Shown: positions 1 to 8,129 of the stretch, in pieces
Layout of the letters: the number at the start of each line of letters is the position of its first letter
How positions within the stretch are numbered: position 1 is the first letter of the stretch
Made by a program: the position numbers and the translations under genes
DNA from: a virus
Lineage: Duplodnaviria > Heunggongvirae > Uroviricota > Caudoviricetes
IMG/VR virus record: IMGVR_UViG_2802428818_000001
Span: 52,564 to 116,563 of that record
Direction: 5' to 3' (one strand)
Length of the DNA: 64,000 bases
Notes under the pieces: model-generated
Told to the model about the DNA's origin: nothing
The model's database searches: none
What the model saw: only the letters and a program-made list of their open reading frames with translations

Positions 1-52
1 TGACACGCCTTGTGCAGCGGGCAAAGACCCGCGGCCTGATCGAGCAGGAGAA

Positions 53-68
53 TTAGCGAAATCGCTAA
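53..68. promoter_or_regulatory. family A palindrome TTAGCGAAATCGCTAA
   Basis: perfect 16-bp palindrome about 65 nt upstream of kinase gene. Confidence 0.6.
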
Positions 69-100
69 TTCCCTACTTCCATAAATCGCTCCTGTGCAGT

Positions 101-120
101 AAGTAAATATTGATTGACTG
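101..120 (+). promoter_or_regulatory. family B motif AAGTAAATATTGATTGACTG
   Basis: 14 nt upstream of kinase ATG, sense orientation. Confidence 0.55.
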
Positions 121-133
121 CACAGGAGCAAAC

Positions 134-700
134 ATGAGCAATCCCACCCCCTACCCCAAACTGATCGCCCTTTGTGGCAACCCGACCTCGGGCAAATCGA
201 CCGCGGCCAACATCATCAACGACCTCTACGGCCACAAGCTCGCCGACGATGGCCTCGCCCTCCGCAAAATCGCTATGGATTACCTGGGACTGACCGCTGA
301 GCAGGTCTTCACCCAGGAAGGCAAGCTCGAATACGTCATGATCAACGGCCGGCGTTGGCAGGTTCGTGAGATCCTCGGCGAGATCGGCAATGCCTTCGAA
401 GAGAAGTTCGGTGGCGACATCATCCCGATTATGGCGCACAACGCCCAGCCCGAGGGGCAGTTCTCAGTCTTCGGGTCAGTGCGCCGCGAGCAGGGTCGCT
501 ACTGGAAGGAACAGGGCGCCCTCGTCCTCGAGATCATCAATCCCCTCGCCGGCCCGTCGCAATACGAGTTCGATACCTACAACCCGGCCTATGCCGATCA
601 TCAGATCCAGAACGATGGCCTGGCACGCGGCCTCTCGCCGGAAGAGGCTCGTCTCGATCTGATGGACAAGATCATTGCGATCGTGGGACCGGTGTTTTGA
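134..700 (+). CDS. P-loop nucleotide kinase, phage dNMP-kinase-like
   Basis: Walker A GNPTSGKST near N-terminus; AGGAG 8 nt upstream of ATG at 134; track ORF 110..700 trimmed. Confidence 0.5.
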   Translation: MSNPTPYPKLIALCGNPTSGKSTAANIINDLYGHKLADDGLALRKIAMDYLGLTAEQVFTQEGKLEYVMINGRRWQVREILGEIGNAFEEKFGGDIIPIMAHNAQPEGQFSVFGSVRREQGRYWKEQGALVLEIINPLAGPSQYEFDTYNPAYADHQIQNDGLARGLSPEEARLDLMDKIIAIVGPVF

Positions 701-738
701 TCCAGGTCTGGTATCAAAGCAAGAAGGTGGGCTCGCTG

Positions 739-1056
739 ATGATCAGCGTGCCTGCCTACCACAAAACGATCACTTTCACTGAGTTGTCGGACCCGGACGA
801 CCTGCATTCGCCCTTTAGCGAAAAGACGTTTTCGCTAATGACGCGCAACAATCTGGTCGACGAACGTGACCTGGCAGTGAGCGGCTGGGCGATCGAAACC
901 TATGTGACGCACCAGTTCGGCGTCGATCCGACGAAGTGCGAGATTCATCGGGACAATGCTGCTATGGGCTGGCGCGTCTCCTGGCGCATGATCGTCGCCG
1001 AGAACATCGACCAGTATGAATATCTGTTCGACAAGCGCGAGTTTATCGCCAACTGA
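739..1056 (+). CDS. hypothetical protein
   Basis: track ORF 697..1056 begins with TTG; ATG at 739 preceded by GAAGGTGGG. Confidence 0.45.
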   Translation: MISVPAYHKTITFTELSDPDDLHSPFSEKTFSLMTRNNLVDERDLAVSGWAIETYVTHQFGVDPTKCEIHRDNAAMGWRVSWRMIVAENIDQYEYLFDKREFIAN

Positions 1057-1065
1057 CTCTTGCAT

Positions 1066-1092
1066 GGCCGGTCACGCCGGCCTAAATAAATT
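1066..1092 (+). terminator. putative rho-independent terminator
   Basis: GGCCGG-TCACG-CCGGCC hairpin followed by TAAATAAATT. Confidence 0.5.
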
Positions 1093-1236
1093 CCCGGCGT
1101 GGCCCTAGAACTCTCTTCCGGCCCTGATCTCCCAAGATACCAGGACGGACGTGTCTAGTTCGTTGTTGACGCAAATGGGCCTCGCCACCCTCCTCTTCCA
1201 AATCCCGTAAAAGTTCGTTAACCATTAGGCGCTAGA

Positions 1237-1270
1237 GATTTAGCGATTTAACGACATAGGGATTTCGCGA
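1237..1270. promoter_or_regulatory. family A repeats (TTTAGCGATTTAACGA...GATTTCGCGAA) abutting parA start
   Basis: tandem/half-site copies immediately 5' of parA ATG. Confidence 0.55.
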
Positions 1271-1915
1271 ATGCCAACAATTATCTCATGTCTCTCCCAG
1301 AAGGGCGGCGTCGGCAAATCAACGCTGGCCCGGCTCCTAGCGCGCACCTACGCATCGGCCGACTGGTCGGTGAAGATCTGCGACTTCAACGTCAATCAGC
1401 TCACCTCGACCGATTGGGTAGCGATTCGCATGCAGGCCGGCGTAGAGCCACAGATCGATGCGCAGCCGATGACATCGACCAAGAAGCTGAAGGGCGAGCC
1501 CTACGACCTCTTGGTGATCGACGGCAAGCCGGACAGCGACCAGACTTCGCTCGAGGCTGCCCGGATCTCCGATCTCGTCGTCATACCGACCGGGCTGTCG
1601 GTCGATGACCTGAAGCCGCAGGCAGGCTTCGGCAATGAGCTGGTTGCGAAGGGCGTGCCGCGCGAGCGCATCATCTTCGTCCTCAACAAGACCACGGAGA
1701 GCGACGCGGCGACCCGCGAGGCCATCATGTTCATTCAGGCGCAGGGCTTCCAGGTGGCCGACACCGACATTTCGACCAAGAACGGCTACATGCTTGCCCA
1801 GAACGTCGGGCTTTCGATCGCCGAGACGCGCTATCCGTCGCTGAATGACCGGGCCGACACGCTGGCAGCCGAGCTCGTCGCCAAACTCAATTCCATCACC
1901 GAGGTAGCCGCATGA
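1271..1915 (+). CDS. parA: ParA/Soj-family partition ATPase
   Basis: deviant Walker A KGGVGKST, 214 aa, family A palindrome immediately upstream. Confidence 0.85.
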   Translation: MPTIISCLSQKGGVGKSTLARLLARTYASADWSVKICDFNVNQLTSTDWVAIRMQAGVEPQIDAQPMTSTKKLKGEPYDLLVIDGKPDSDQTSLEAARISDLVVIPTGLSVDDLKPQAGFGNELVAKGVPRERIIFVLNKTTESDAATREAIMFIQAQGFQVADTDISTKNGYMLAQNVGLSIAETRYPSLNDRADTLAAELVAKLNSITEVAA

Positions 1916-2190
1916 GAAAAGCCGTAGTCACCACCGCAGCCCAGCCAACCAAGGCCGAGGTTCCAAAGAAACCAGGCAAGGGTGGTATGCAGTATCTCGC
2001 GGCCCTCGACACCGAGAAGAAGGTCGAAGCCGACAACATGAAGGGCGAGGTGAAGCTGCGCGACCTGAACTTCAAGGTCGATCCGGACTTTCACACGAAA
2101 TTCAAGATGACGGCGACGGCTTCCGGCAAGAGCATGAAGGAGCTGCTCGAGGAGTGCTTCGCAGCCTGGATACACGCCAGACGCGGATAA
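1912..2190 (+). CDS. ribbon-helix-helix DNA-binding protein (ParG/CopG-like partner of ParA)
   Basis: ATGA overlap with parA stop; Lys/Pro-rich N-tail then LNFKVDPDFHTKFKMTA...SMKELLEECF RHH-like C-terminus. Confidence 0.55.
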   Translation: MRKAVVTTAAQPTKAEVPKKPGKGGMQYLAALDTEKKVEADNMKGEVKLRDLNFKVDPDFHTKFKMTATASGKSMKELLEECFAAWIHARRG

Positions 2191-2194
2191 CGAA

Positions 2195-2226
2195 AAGGGC
2201 GGTCGAAACCGCCCTTTCTTCATTTC
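2195..2226 (+). terminator. rho-independent terminator after par cassette (possibly bidirectional)
   Basis: AAGGGCGG-TCGAAA-CCGCCCTT then TCTTCATTT. Confidence 0.7.
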
Positions 2227-2230
2227 GTGA

Positions 2231-2246
2231 TTTAGCGAAATCGCTA
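2231..2246. promoter_or_regulatory. family A palindrome TTTAGCGAAATCGCTA
   Basis: between RHH gene terminator and convergent membrane-protein gene. Confidence 0.55.
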
Positions 2247-2465
2247 CCAACTAAGATCGAACTTCCAGCCGTGCGTCTCGCGCGGATCGATATAGCCGCC
2301 CAGCAGCGACAGGATGATCACCAGGGCGAGCACGACGACGAAGGGCACGCCGACGGCAAACAGGCTGAAGCCGATCATCAGCGCCAGGACGACCAGCAGG
2401 ATGATAACGGCGACGCGGATCACGTCGGCGAGGAATTTACGCAGGACAAACTTGAACTTTTCCAC
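2244..2465 (-). CDS. small membrane protein (2 predicted TM helices)
   Basis: hydrophobic stretches; GTG start with AAGGAG 7 nt upstream (track ORF 2244..2495 trimmed). Confidence 0.45.
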   Translation of the reverse strand: MEKFKFVLRKFLADVIRVAVIILLVVLALMIGFSLFAVGVPFVVVLALVIILSLLGGYIDPRETHGWKFDLSW

Positions 2466-2475
2466 GGGTAGCTCC

Positions 2476-2943
2476 TTAGAGGTTGTGGGCATCAATGAGA
2501 TTGAGAGCGCTCAGAGGAGCGCCGCAAAAGACGTCGAGGGCAATGGCTGCCTCGACAGCTTGAACCGCGTCAGCGCCCATCTGGATGGCGCCTAGCGCGT
2601 ATTTGCGGCCGGAGCCGATGGTGAATGTGTCACCGGTCAGCGGGCCGGCTGCGAAGTAGGCATCCGAGAACATGAAAACCTCGCCATCAGGCTTCACCAG
2701 GATAGCGGTGAGGCAAGGCTCGCCCGGCACCAGGTCGTCATCGCGAGACGCGCCGCGCTCGACCCACTTGCGGAACTCCTCGGCCAGGCCGACGACGTTC
2801 GTGGTGATGCCGAGCAGAGAGCCCGCGAACGGACCCTCCTTGATGCGATGGATCTTCTGCTTATTGCCGATCGGGTGCGTCGAGCCCGAATAGGCGCGGC
2901 TGTCGGCAGCCATGACGCCCTGATGGTAGACGACAACGCTCAC
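2476..2943 (-). CDS. HslV/proteasome-beta-like Ntn hydrolase
   Basis: MSVVVYHQGVMAADSRAYSGS...FAGSLLGITTN...IGSGRKYALGA resembles HslV TTIVSVRRNG...GFAGGTAD...IGSGG. Confidence 0.45.
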   Translation of the reverse strand: MSVVVYHQGVMAADSRAYSGSTHPIGNKQKIHRIKEGPFAGSLLGITTNVVGLAEEFRKWVERGASRDDDLVPGEPCLTAILVKPDGEVFMFSDAYFAAGPLTGDTFTIGSGRKYALGAIQMGADAVQAVEAAIALDVFCGAPLSALNLIDAHNL

Positions 2944-3281
2944 TGGCTGTCCTCGGGCAGGGCGATGCGCTGCGGCTGGAAGATGCCGCGGTTGATCAGC
3001 ATGAAGGCCACCTGCAGGTAGGTCATGCCGGTCGCGATGAAGCGCTGGTCGTATTTCTGCGGCCCGGCTGCCTTCAGCTCGTCGACCAGGCGCAGCACAC
3101 GCTCCTCGAGCTCCTTGGAGCGGTTGACCATGGCGACGTTCTCCTCGCTCTGGCTCTGGTAGCCCTTGACCGGCAGACCGGAATGCTTGCTTTCGAGCTT
3201 GGCCGCGGTGAACGTGCCGGCGAGCGGGATGCCTTCCAGCGGAAAGCCGAAAGGCGGGGAGGGGGCTTTGTCATCAGACAT
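2940..3281 (-). CDS. hypothetical protein
   Basis: AAGGAAAT SD before ATG; family A half-sites just upstream; coupled (ATGA) to downstream gene. Confidence 0.55.
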   Translation of the reverse strand: MSDDKAPSPPFGFPLEGIPLAGTFTAAKLESKHSGLPVKGYQSQSEENVAMVNRSKELEERVLRLVDELKAAGPQKYDQRFIATGMTYLQVAFMLINRGIFQPQRIALPEDSQ

Positions 3282-3292
3282 AGGGATTTCCT

Positions 3293-3319
3293 TATTTAGC
3301 GAAAGGGCGATTTAGCGAT
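3293..3319. promoter_or_regulatory. family A half-site direct repeats ATTTAGCGA x2
   Basis: upstream of 3281 gene SD. Confidence 0.5.
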
Positions 3320-4044
3320 CAATCGTCAATGCGATTGCCGACCGGGCCGTAGCGGAAGAGGCGGCTCTTGGTAGGGGTAAAGGGCAGTTCCCCGAGGAAG
3401 GGGTTCGAAACATTGGCGCCGAGCGCTTCAGCGACCGCATTGCGCACGAAGGTCGAAATATCCGTCGGCGCTTCGCCGTTGACGCTAATGTTGATCGTCG
3501 GCAGCACAGCCTCGCCGGCACGCTCACCGACAACGCTGTCAGGTTTAGCCTCGCCACCCGTCGCGAGATCACCCTGGCGCGTTGCCTCACAGAAGTCGCA
3601 GGCGCAGGCAGCCTGTTCGCTCTTGTTCGTCCAGTCTTCGGCCTTGTAGAGCGGGTTGATCAGCTCGACGTCCTCATCGTCGGCTTCCACCTCTTGCTGC
3701 TCTTCGCGTCCGACCTGACGACCCGCCTCGAAGGCTGCGTCGATCGATGCAGAGACCTTTTCGAGGTGCTCAGGGTAGGGGATGACGTTCGGCTCGACAT
3801 GCGTGACAGCAACGAGCTCGCCTTCACCCGTGGCAAACTCGTCCTGACGAAGCGTCAAAGCGGTCAGACGATAGGTGAGGCTGGTGCCCGCATCGTCCAC
3901 GATGGTGTGATTCTGTCCGATCCCAACGAGCTCATACGGATTGAGGTAGAAGTATGCGTGCAGCGGCGCAGAGACGAAATGCTTGGGCACGCCAGAGCCG
4001 CCCGCATAGAGGACTGCGCCGCTGGCTGGGAAATTGATCTTCAT
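3319..4044 (-). CDS. hypothetical protein
   Basis: 241-aa ORF with typical high-GC codon usage; family B motif upstream at about 4096-4118. Confidence 0.55.
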   Translation of the reverse strand: MKINFPASGAVLYAGGSGVPKHFVSAPLHAYFYLNPYELVGIGQNHTIVDDAGTSLTYRLTALTLRQDEFATGEGELVAVTHVEPNVIPYPEHLEKVSASIDAAFEAGRQVGREEQQEVEADDEDVELINPLYKAEDWTNKSEQAACACDFCEATRQGDLATGGEAKPDSVVGERAGEAVLPTINISVNGEAPTDISTFVRNAVAEALGANVSNPFLGELPFTPTKSRLFRYGPVGNRIDD

Positions 4045-4095
4045 GGAGATTGGATCCTCGAATGTTGGAATCTCAGGACATTATCCGGCTCGTAG

Positions 4096-4118
4096 CAGTC
4101 AGTCAATATTGATTGATC
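4096..4118. promoter_or_regulatory. family B CAGTCAGTCAATATTGATTGATC
   Basis: intergenic, upstream of 4044 gene (minus). Confidence 0.5.
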
Positions 4119-4454
4119 AAAATTGGGGATGGGTAGTCGGGAATTTGGGGATCTGGGCTCCGGGGCAGGGAAGCCGTGAGTTATAAGGTTTTGGCCGGAA
4201 GATTATAACCGACTACCCAGGTCAACATGTCCGTCCCGGTGAGGCACGAGGAGAGGTAGTCCAGGCCGGGATTTGCTCAGGCAGCAGGCGGCATCATGCC
4301 CAGCACACGCGAAAATCTCTAAGACTTCGATCGCTTCACAATTCAACACATGCACACTGACACGACGTTGCGCGAGGGATCGATCGAGCGTCTTTCGTGA
4401 GCAATGCAGCGCGCAAGCGTCTATGCGCTTGCATGAGCGTCTATGTGTCAATGC

Positions 4455-4476
4455 GAGTAAATCAGTATTGACTTAT
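4455..4476 (+). promoter_or_regulatory. family B variant GAGTAAATCAGTATTGACTTAT
   Basis: upstream of low-GC plus-strand unit. Confidence 0.4.
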
Positions 4477-4492
4477 ACATACATCAAAAATA

Positions 4493-4516
4493 ATTCGCGA
4501 TTTAGCGATTTAGCTA
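4493..4516. promoter_or_regulatory. family A ATTCGCGATTTAGCGATTTAGCTA
   Basis: about 80 nt upstream of 4596 gene. Confidence 0.5.
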
Positions 4517-4595
4517 TTGCATGACGTCGCGAACTAGTGTCTAAAGATCATGTCAACAACGACACTAGACAACAACACAGAAAGAGAGTTCTACA

Positions 4596-5162
4596 ATGAC
4601 TAAAGCAATCAACGCATACGCACTGTCTCTCTCTGCTCGCTACGATGCAGAGCTCAAGAATGAAAAGTCTGCAAACTCGTTAAACTTCATTTCGAAGTGC
4701 GCGCTTGTAGTATCGCAAGAGAAAGTCGCTGCAATGCTCGCAGCATGCGAAGTCAAGACTGACTTCGCACAAGACAGTGTGCAAGCAAATAGCGCGTTCT
4801 GCATGAAAGCACTTGAGAATTGCGCGCATATTCTTGAGTTCGCAGTTGACGCTCGCAACGTCGACAAATTGAAGTCGAACGTCGAAGAAACGCTTCGCAC
4901 TTTGATCAACTTCAAGAAGAACAATGAAGTCTTCAAAGCAAGCGACATTGAAATCGCGCTTGATAAAAACATCAAAGTCGCGAAAGAGCGCGCGCACTTG
5001 TATTATCGTCGTCGCGACGTGTTTTCTTCTGCAAAGCGTCATGCATCGATGAACATGCGCGCGCTTGTTGCTTTGAACATTCTCAAAGCAACGTCGAAAG
5101 ACTGCTACACAGTCAACGATAACGAGATTGTGCAGAAAATCGAAGCGCGTCTTAGCGCGTAA
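4596..5162 (+). CDS. hypothetical protein (low-GC island)
   Basis: 188-aa helical Ala/Lys/Glu-rich ORF in about 47% GC segment; opposite-strand ORFs there look spurious (Cys/Arg-rich). Confidence 0.5.
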   Translation: MTKAINAYALSLSARYDAELKNEKSANSLNFISKCALVVSQEKVAAMLAACEVKTDFAQDSVQANSAFCMKALENCAHILEFAVDARNVDKLKSNVEETLRTLINFKKNNEVFKASDIEIALDKNIKVAKERAHLYYRRRDVFSSAKRHASMNMRALVALNILKATSKDCYTVNDNEIVQKIEARLSA

Positions 5163-5239
5163 GATAGTCAATCAATCTTGATTTAGCTAGCGCGTGAGAG
5201 CGCGCTAGCAGTCGCAACAATCAACACAATCGAGACGTT

Positions 5240-5398
5240 CATGTTTATTCTGTATCTTCGCATAGTTGCAGCTCTGTCTAACACATATAGAGCGAACGCT
5301 GAATTGCAGCGCGCATTGCGCAAGCGTCAGAGTGCGCGCAAGTCTGCGAAGCGCGTCAGAGAGCAACGTCGTGCGATTGTGTCACGTTACAATTGAGA
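5240..5398 (+). CDS. small basic ORF (about 52 aa)
   Basis: read by eye (MFILYLRIVAALSNTYRANAELQRALRKRQSARK...); below ORF-track size cutoff; coordinates approximate. Confidence 0.2.
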
Positions 5399-5407
5399 GC
5401 TAGACAC

Positions 5408-5602
5408 ATGAGCAAGAGCTATAGCAAAGCACGCGTATCACTGACACAGCGCGAAATGCGCGAACGTGCGCAACGACGCGAGTTTAAGACGCGCAACGCG
5501 ACGACTGACAGTGTCGAATTGCTTGATAGACGTTTCGACTATCAGCAGATCGACATATACGAAATGCTGAATATGCGCGAAGAAACGCGCTATAGCGAAT
5601 AG
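5408..5602 (+). CDS. small basic protein
   Basis: track ORF 5393..5602 trimmed to ATG; followed by strong terminator hairpin. Confidence 0.3.
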   Translation: MSKSYSKARVSLTQREMRERAQRREFKTRNATTDSVELLDRRFDYQQIDIYEMLNMREETRYSE

Positions 5603-5623
5603 TCGAAATCGCTAAAATGCTAA
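5597..5623. promoter_or_regulatory. family A variant GTCGAAATCGCTAAAATGCTAA
   Basis: just after 5602 stop. Confidence 0.4.
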
Positions 5624-5626
5624 GTT

Positions 5627-5656
5627 AGAGCGCACTAATACAGTGCGCTCTTATTG
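5627..5656 (+). terminator. rho-independent terminator ending low-GC unit
   Basis: AGAGCGCACT-AATAC-AGTGCGCTCT perfect 10-bp stem then TTATTG. Confidence 0.65.
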
Positions 5657-5883
5657 CGTCGCACGTAATGTAGCGTGCGCTAAAGTAGCATCGACTTGCA
5701 AAGCGATCGCTAAGAGGCGAAATCTCTAGGCGCAGCGAGGGACCAGCCGGAGGATGGCAAGCCATGGAGCGGGATACCTCGGTGCCTGGAAATATAAGCC
5801 TTGGTTCTCCATGGCGAGGCCCAGAGACCGAAACACCGGCGAGTAGGCGGCTCGCCGGTGTGATCGTTGGGACGGAGGCTTCC

Positions 5884-6067
5884 TTTCTAGCCGGAGATCT
5901 TGATCATGACACAGACTGCGATGACGGCGCAGACGAATACGATGATCGCGATGAAGGAGGCGGTGTCCTTTGCGAGCTGCAACGTCTGCGAGGCGAAGTG
6001 CGACTGCCGCGGCGTCATTTCCTTGATGTGATAGACGGTGGTCGGCGCCGGGATGATGGTCTGCATT
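5884..6067 (-). CDS. small tail-anchored membrane protein (about 59 aa)
   Basis: by-eye ORF MQTIIPAPTT...FIAIIVFVCAVIAVCVMIKISG; GGAG 9 nt upstream; GTCAACAACGAAC box in leader; coordinates approximate. Confidence 0.35.
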
Positions 6068-6100
6068 GTCTGAACTCCGTTCGTTGTTGACGCTTCTGAG

Positions 6101-6124
6101 TTTAGCGAAATAGCGATTTAGCGC
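6101..6124. promoter_or_regulatory. family A TTTAGCGAAATAGCGATTTAGCGC
   Basis: upstream of small membrane-protein gene (minus). Confidence 0.55.
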
Positions 6125-6157
6125 AATCTGGCATGACTGCGCTAAACACTGGCGATG

Positions 6158-6463
6158 TTAGGCGTCGAACTCGACGGTGAACTCGGTCAGCTCGTCGAAG
6201 GCGTCGGCGGGAGAGGCAGAAGCATCGAGAGCGTAGTAGGCGCGCTTGAAGGAGCGCATGAACGCGGCGAGCACGGCAGGTGCATAGTCGCACTGCTGAG
6301 TGATCAGCTTGGTCTCGTCGCGGATAGCATAGCGGTTATACGAGAACTCGGCGTTGATGGAATAGATCTCGTGCTTGCGGTCGCTCTTGTGCTCGACGGT
6401 CGCGGTGAGGGTGTCGGAGTTGACGTCGTAGGTCGCGGTGATGATGGTGAAGGTGTTCTGCAA
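6158..6463 (-). CDS. hypothetical protein
   Basis: 101 aa; TTG start after GAAAGACACGCAC leader also seen before the 12457 gene; family A site upstream. Confidence 0.5.
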   Translation of the reverse strand: MQNTFTIITATYDVNSDTLTATVEHKSDRKHEIYSINAEFSYNRYAIRDETKLITQQCDYAPAVLAAFMRSFKRAYYALDASASPADAFDELTEFTVEFDA

Positions 6464-6492
6464 GTGCGTGTCTTTCGTTTGCGTTGCTTACA

Positions 6493-6517
6493 TTTAGCAA
6501 TTTAGCGATTTCGCTAA
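6493..6517. promoter_or_regulatory. family A TTTAGCAATTTAGCGATTTCGCTAA
   Basis: upstream of 6463 gene (minus). Confidence 0.55.
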
Positions 6518-6644
6518 GGCACGCAAGACGGCGACGCACGGCGACGCTAGGGCCTGGGGCAGGCAGGACCACCTGGCCTCACCATGGCCTGCCGGGGGTT
6601 GGACCAGGGTCGCCACGGGCGGCTCCCGCGCCATGGCATGCACC

Positions 6645-6682
6645 TACCCAGAGAAAAAGCGCCACGGGTGTGACGCTCTCTC
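6645..6682 (-). terminator. putative terminator after the 6688 gene
   Basis: minus strand AGCGTCAC-ACCC-GTGGCGCT then TTTTT. Confidence 0.45.
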
Positions 6683-6687
6683 CTTGG

Positions 6688-6960
6688 TTAGCGATCGAAC
6701 TCGCCGGCGCGTGCTGCGTAGGCTGCTTCACGATCGCCAACGAATGCGAAGTCGTGGGCGAGCTCGGCGCGACGTTCTGCCCGGCGCTCAGCCTCGGCGT
6801 CATATCCCTTGTCGAGATAGTCAGCCTTGACCATCTGCGTCTGCAGTCGCCACTCACGCGGCGACAGATTTAAGGCTTGCTCGCCTTCTGGCACCTTGGT
6901 GATCGCGCCGCCCTTTGCGAGAAAAGCGGCGATGAGTGCGTCTGCGTTCTGCTTTGCCAT
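6688..6960 (-). CDS. hypothetical protein
   Basis: track ORF trimmed to MAKQNADALIAAF...; GGAAGG SD; GTCAACAACGAAC box in leader. Confidence 0.55.
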   Translation of the reverse strand: MAKQNADALIAAFLAKGGAITKVPEGEQALNLSPREWRLQTQMVKADYLDKGYDAEAERRAERRAELAHDFAFVGDREAAYAARAGEFDR

Positions 6961-7220
6961 GAGAGTGAACCTTCCGTTCGTTGTTGACACTCAGACAGTC
7001 GCACGACGCAGCTAGGCGCTCACTCTGGCGCGACCTGGCGCACGACGGCGAGGTAAGGGTGAAGGCGCTGGCCGGAGCGGCACGCCATGGCAGTCCACGG
7101 CAGGCTATGGCGAAAAAGACCGTGGTTCCTGAAAGGATCATCCACGGTCGGTCCCTTGGACCCCACCGGTTCCCCAACTTTTATGTGCGGGTGCCTTGGT
7201 TCCCCATGGATCGGCCGTCA

Positions 7221-7259
7221 GCAAGCAAAAGAGGGTGGTGCATCCACTCACCACCCTCT
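7221..7259 (-). terminator. rho-independent terminator after 7289 gene
   Basis: AGAGGGTGGTG-N9-CACCACCCTCT 11-bp stem then TTTTGCTTGC on minus strand. Confidence 0.65.
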
Positions 7260-7288
7260 CCCCTCTGGCGCATATCTGTCCGGCGAGA

Positions 7289-8005
7289 TCAGACTGCCTT
7301 CAGAAGCTCCTTGAACGCGCCGGCCTGCTCTGTCGTGGCAAACACGTAGCTGGCAGCGCGCTTTGTGCCGACGTTCTTGATCAGGCCAAGTGCCTGCATC
7401 GCAGAGAGCGTCGACGATGCCTGGGTGCCGGCCGTGCCTTTGTCGACGTTGTGCCGGCGAAGCAGCTTCACGTTCGGATCCTGGCTGCGGATTTTATCAG
7501 AAGCGGCGCACATTGCCATTTCGCCGGTGAACGGCGCCTTGTGCTCCTCGAAGGTGAGCATCGACTTGCCGATCGCGACGTTGTGGGCGTTGGAGAGCTT
7601 CTGCTGCCCGGCGAGGAAGCGAACCAGGTCGACGAGCTTGTCGATGGCGTAGATGTTGAAGCGATCGCCGTCTTCTTCCTTCGTCTGGCGCGAGTTGATG
7701 AAGTCCGGGGTGATCTTCAGCGCCATCAGCACCTTGGCCATCGACGGCAGCGCCAGCTTCGCCCGGTAGCTGTTCAGCTTCTTCACCTTCGGCATGTCTG
7801 CGGTGTTGTTGGGCTTGCGGGTGATTTCGAACTGCACGCGGCTGTCGAAGGCAGCACCGATCGTCAGTGCAAACGCCTTGGCTGCGTCATCGTCGATCGC
7901 CTTCAGCGCATCAGCCAGTATGTAGGCGGCCTGGTTCTCGTTGGACTGCTGGCCGGCCGGTGCCTGGACGTTGTTGGTGGCCGGCGTGTTCTTGGACTTA
8001 CCCAT
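7289..8005 (-). CDS. hypothetical protein
   Basis: trimmed to MGKSKNTPATNN... with AAGGAGACAATCAC ATG; terminator hairpin downstream. Confidence 0.6.
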   Translation of the reverse strand: MGKSKNTPATNNVQAPAGQQSNENQAAYILADALKAIDDDAAKAFALTIGAAFDSRVQFEITRKPNNTADMPKVKKLNSYRAKLALPSMAKVLMALKITPDFINSRQTKEEDGDRFNIYAIDKLVDLVRFLAGQQKLSNAHNVAIGKSMLTFEEHKAPFTGEMAMCAASDKIRSQDPNVKLLRRHNVDKGTAGTQASSTLSAMQALGLIKNVGTKRAASYVFATTEQAGAFKELLKAV

Positions 8006-8129
8006 GTGATTGTCTCCTTCGTGTTGACGCTTGTCGAAAGTCGTTCGCTTTCGATGAACAGAAGATATGACAATCAATCGAGGCATAGAATCTGGCATGG
8101 GCAGGCGACGCACGGCACGAATCTTCACA

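Larger units (their letters stand above)
4100..4595. repeat. 0.5-kb non-coding region sharing GTCAACATG and GCGTCTATG repeats with 8130-9210
   Basis: no credible ORF; GTTATAA-N16-TTATAAC hairpin; direct repeats AGCGTCTATGCGC / AGCGTCTATGTGTC. Confidence 0.4.

Noticed and set aside
5185-5208. GCTAGCGCG-TGAGAG-CGCGCTAGC hairpin as a terminator
   Set aside because: Perfect 9-bp stem but no downstream T tract and it lies inside the low-GC unit before its last genes. More likely a regulatory or structural hairpin.
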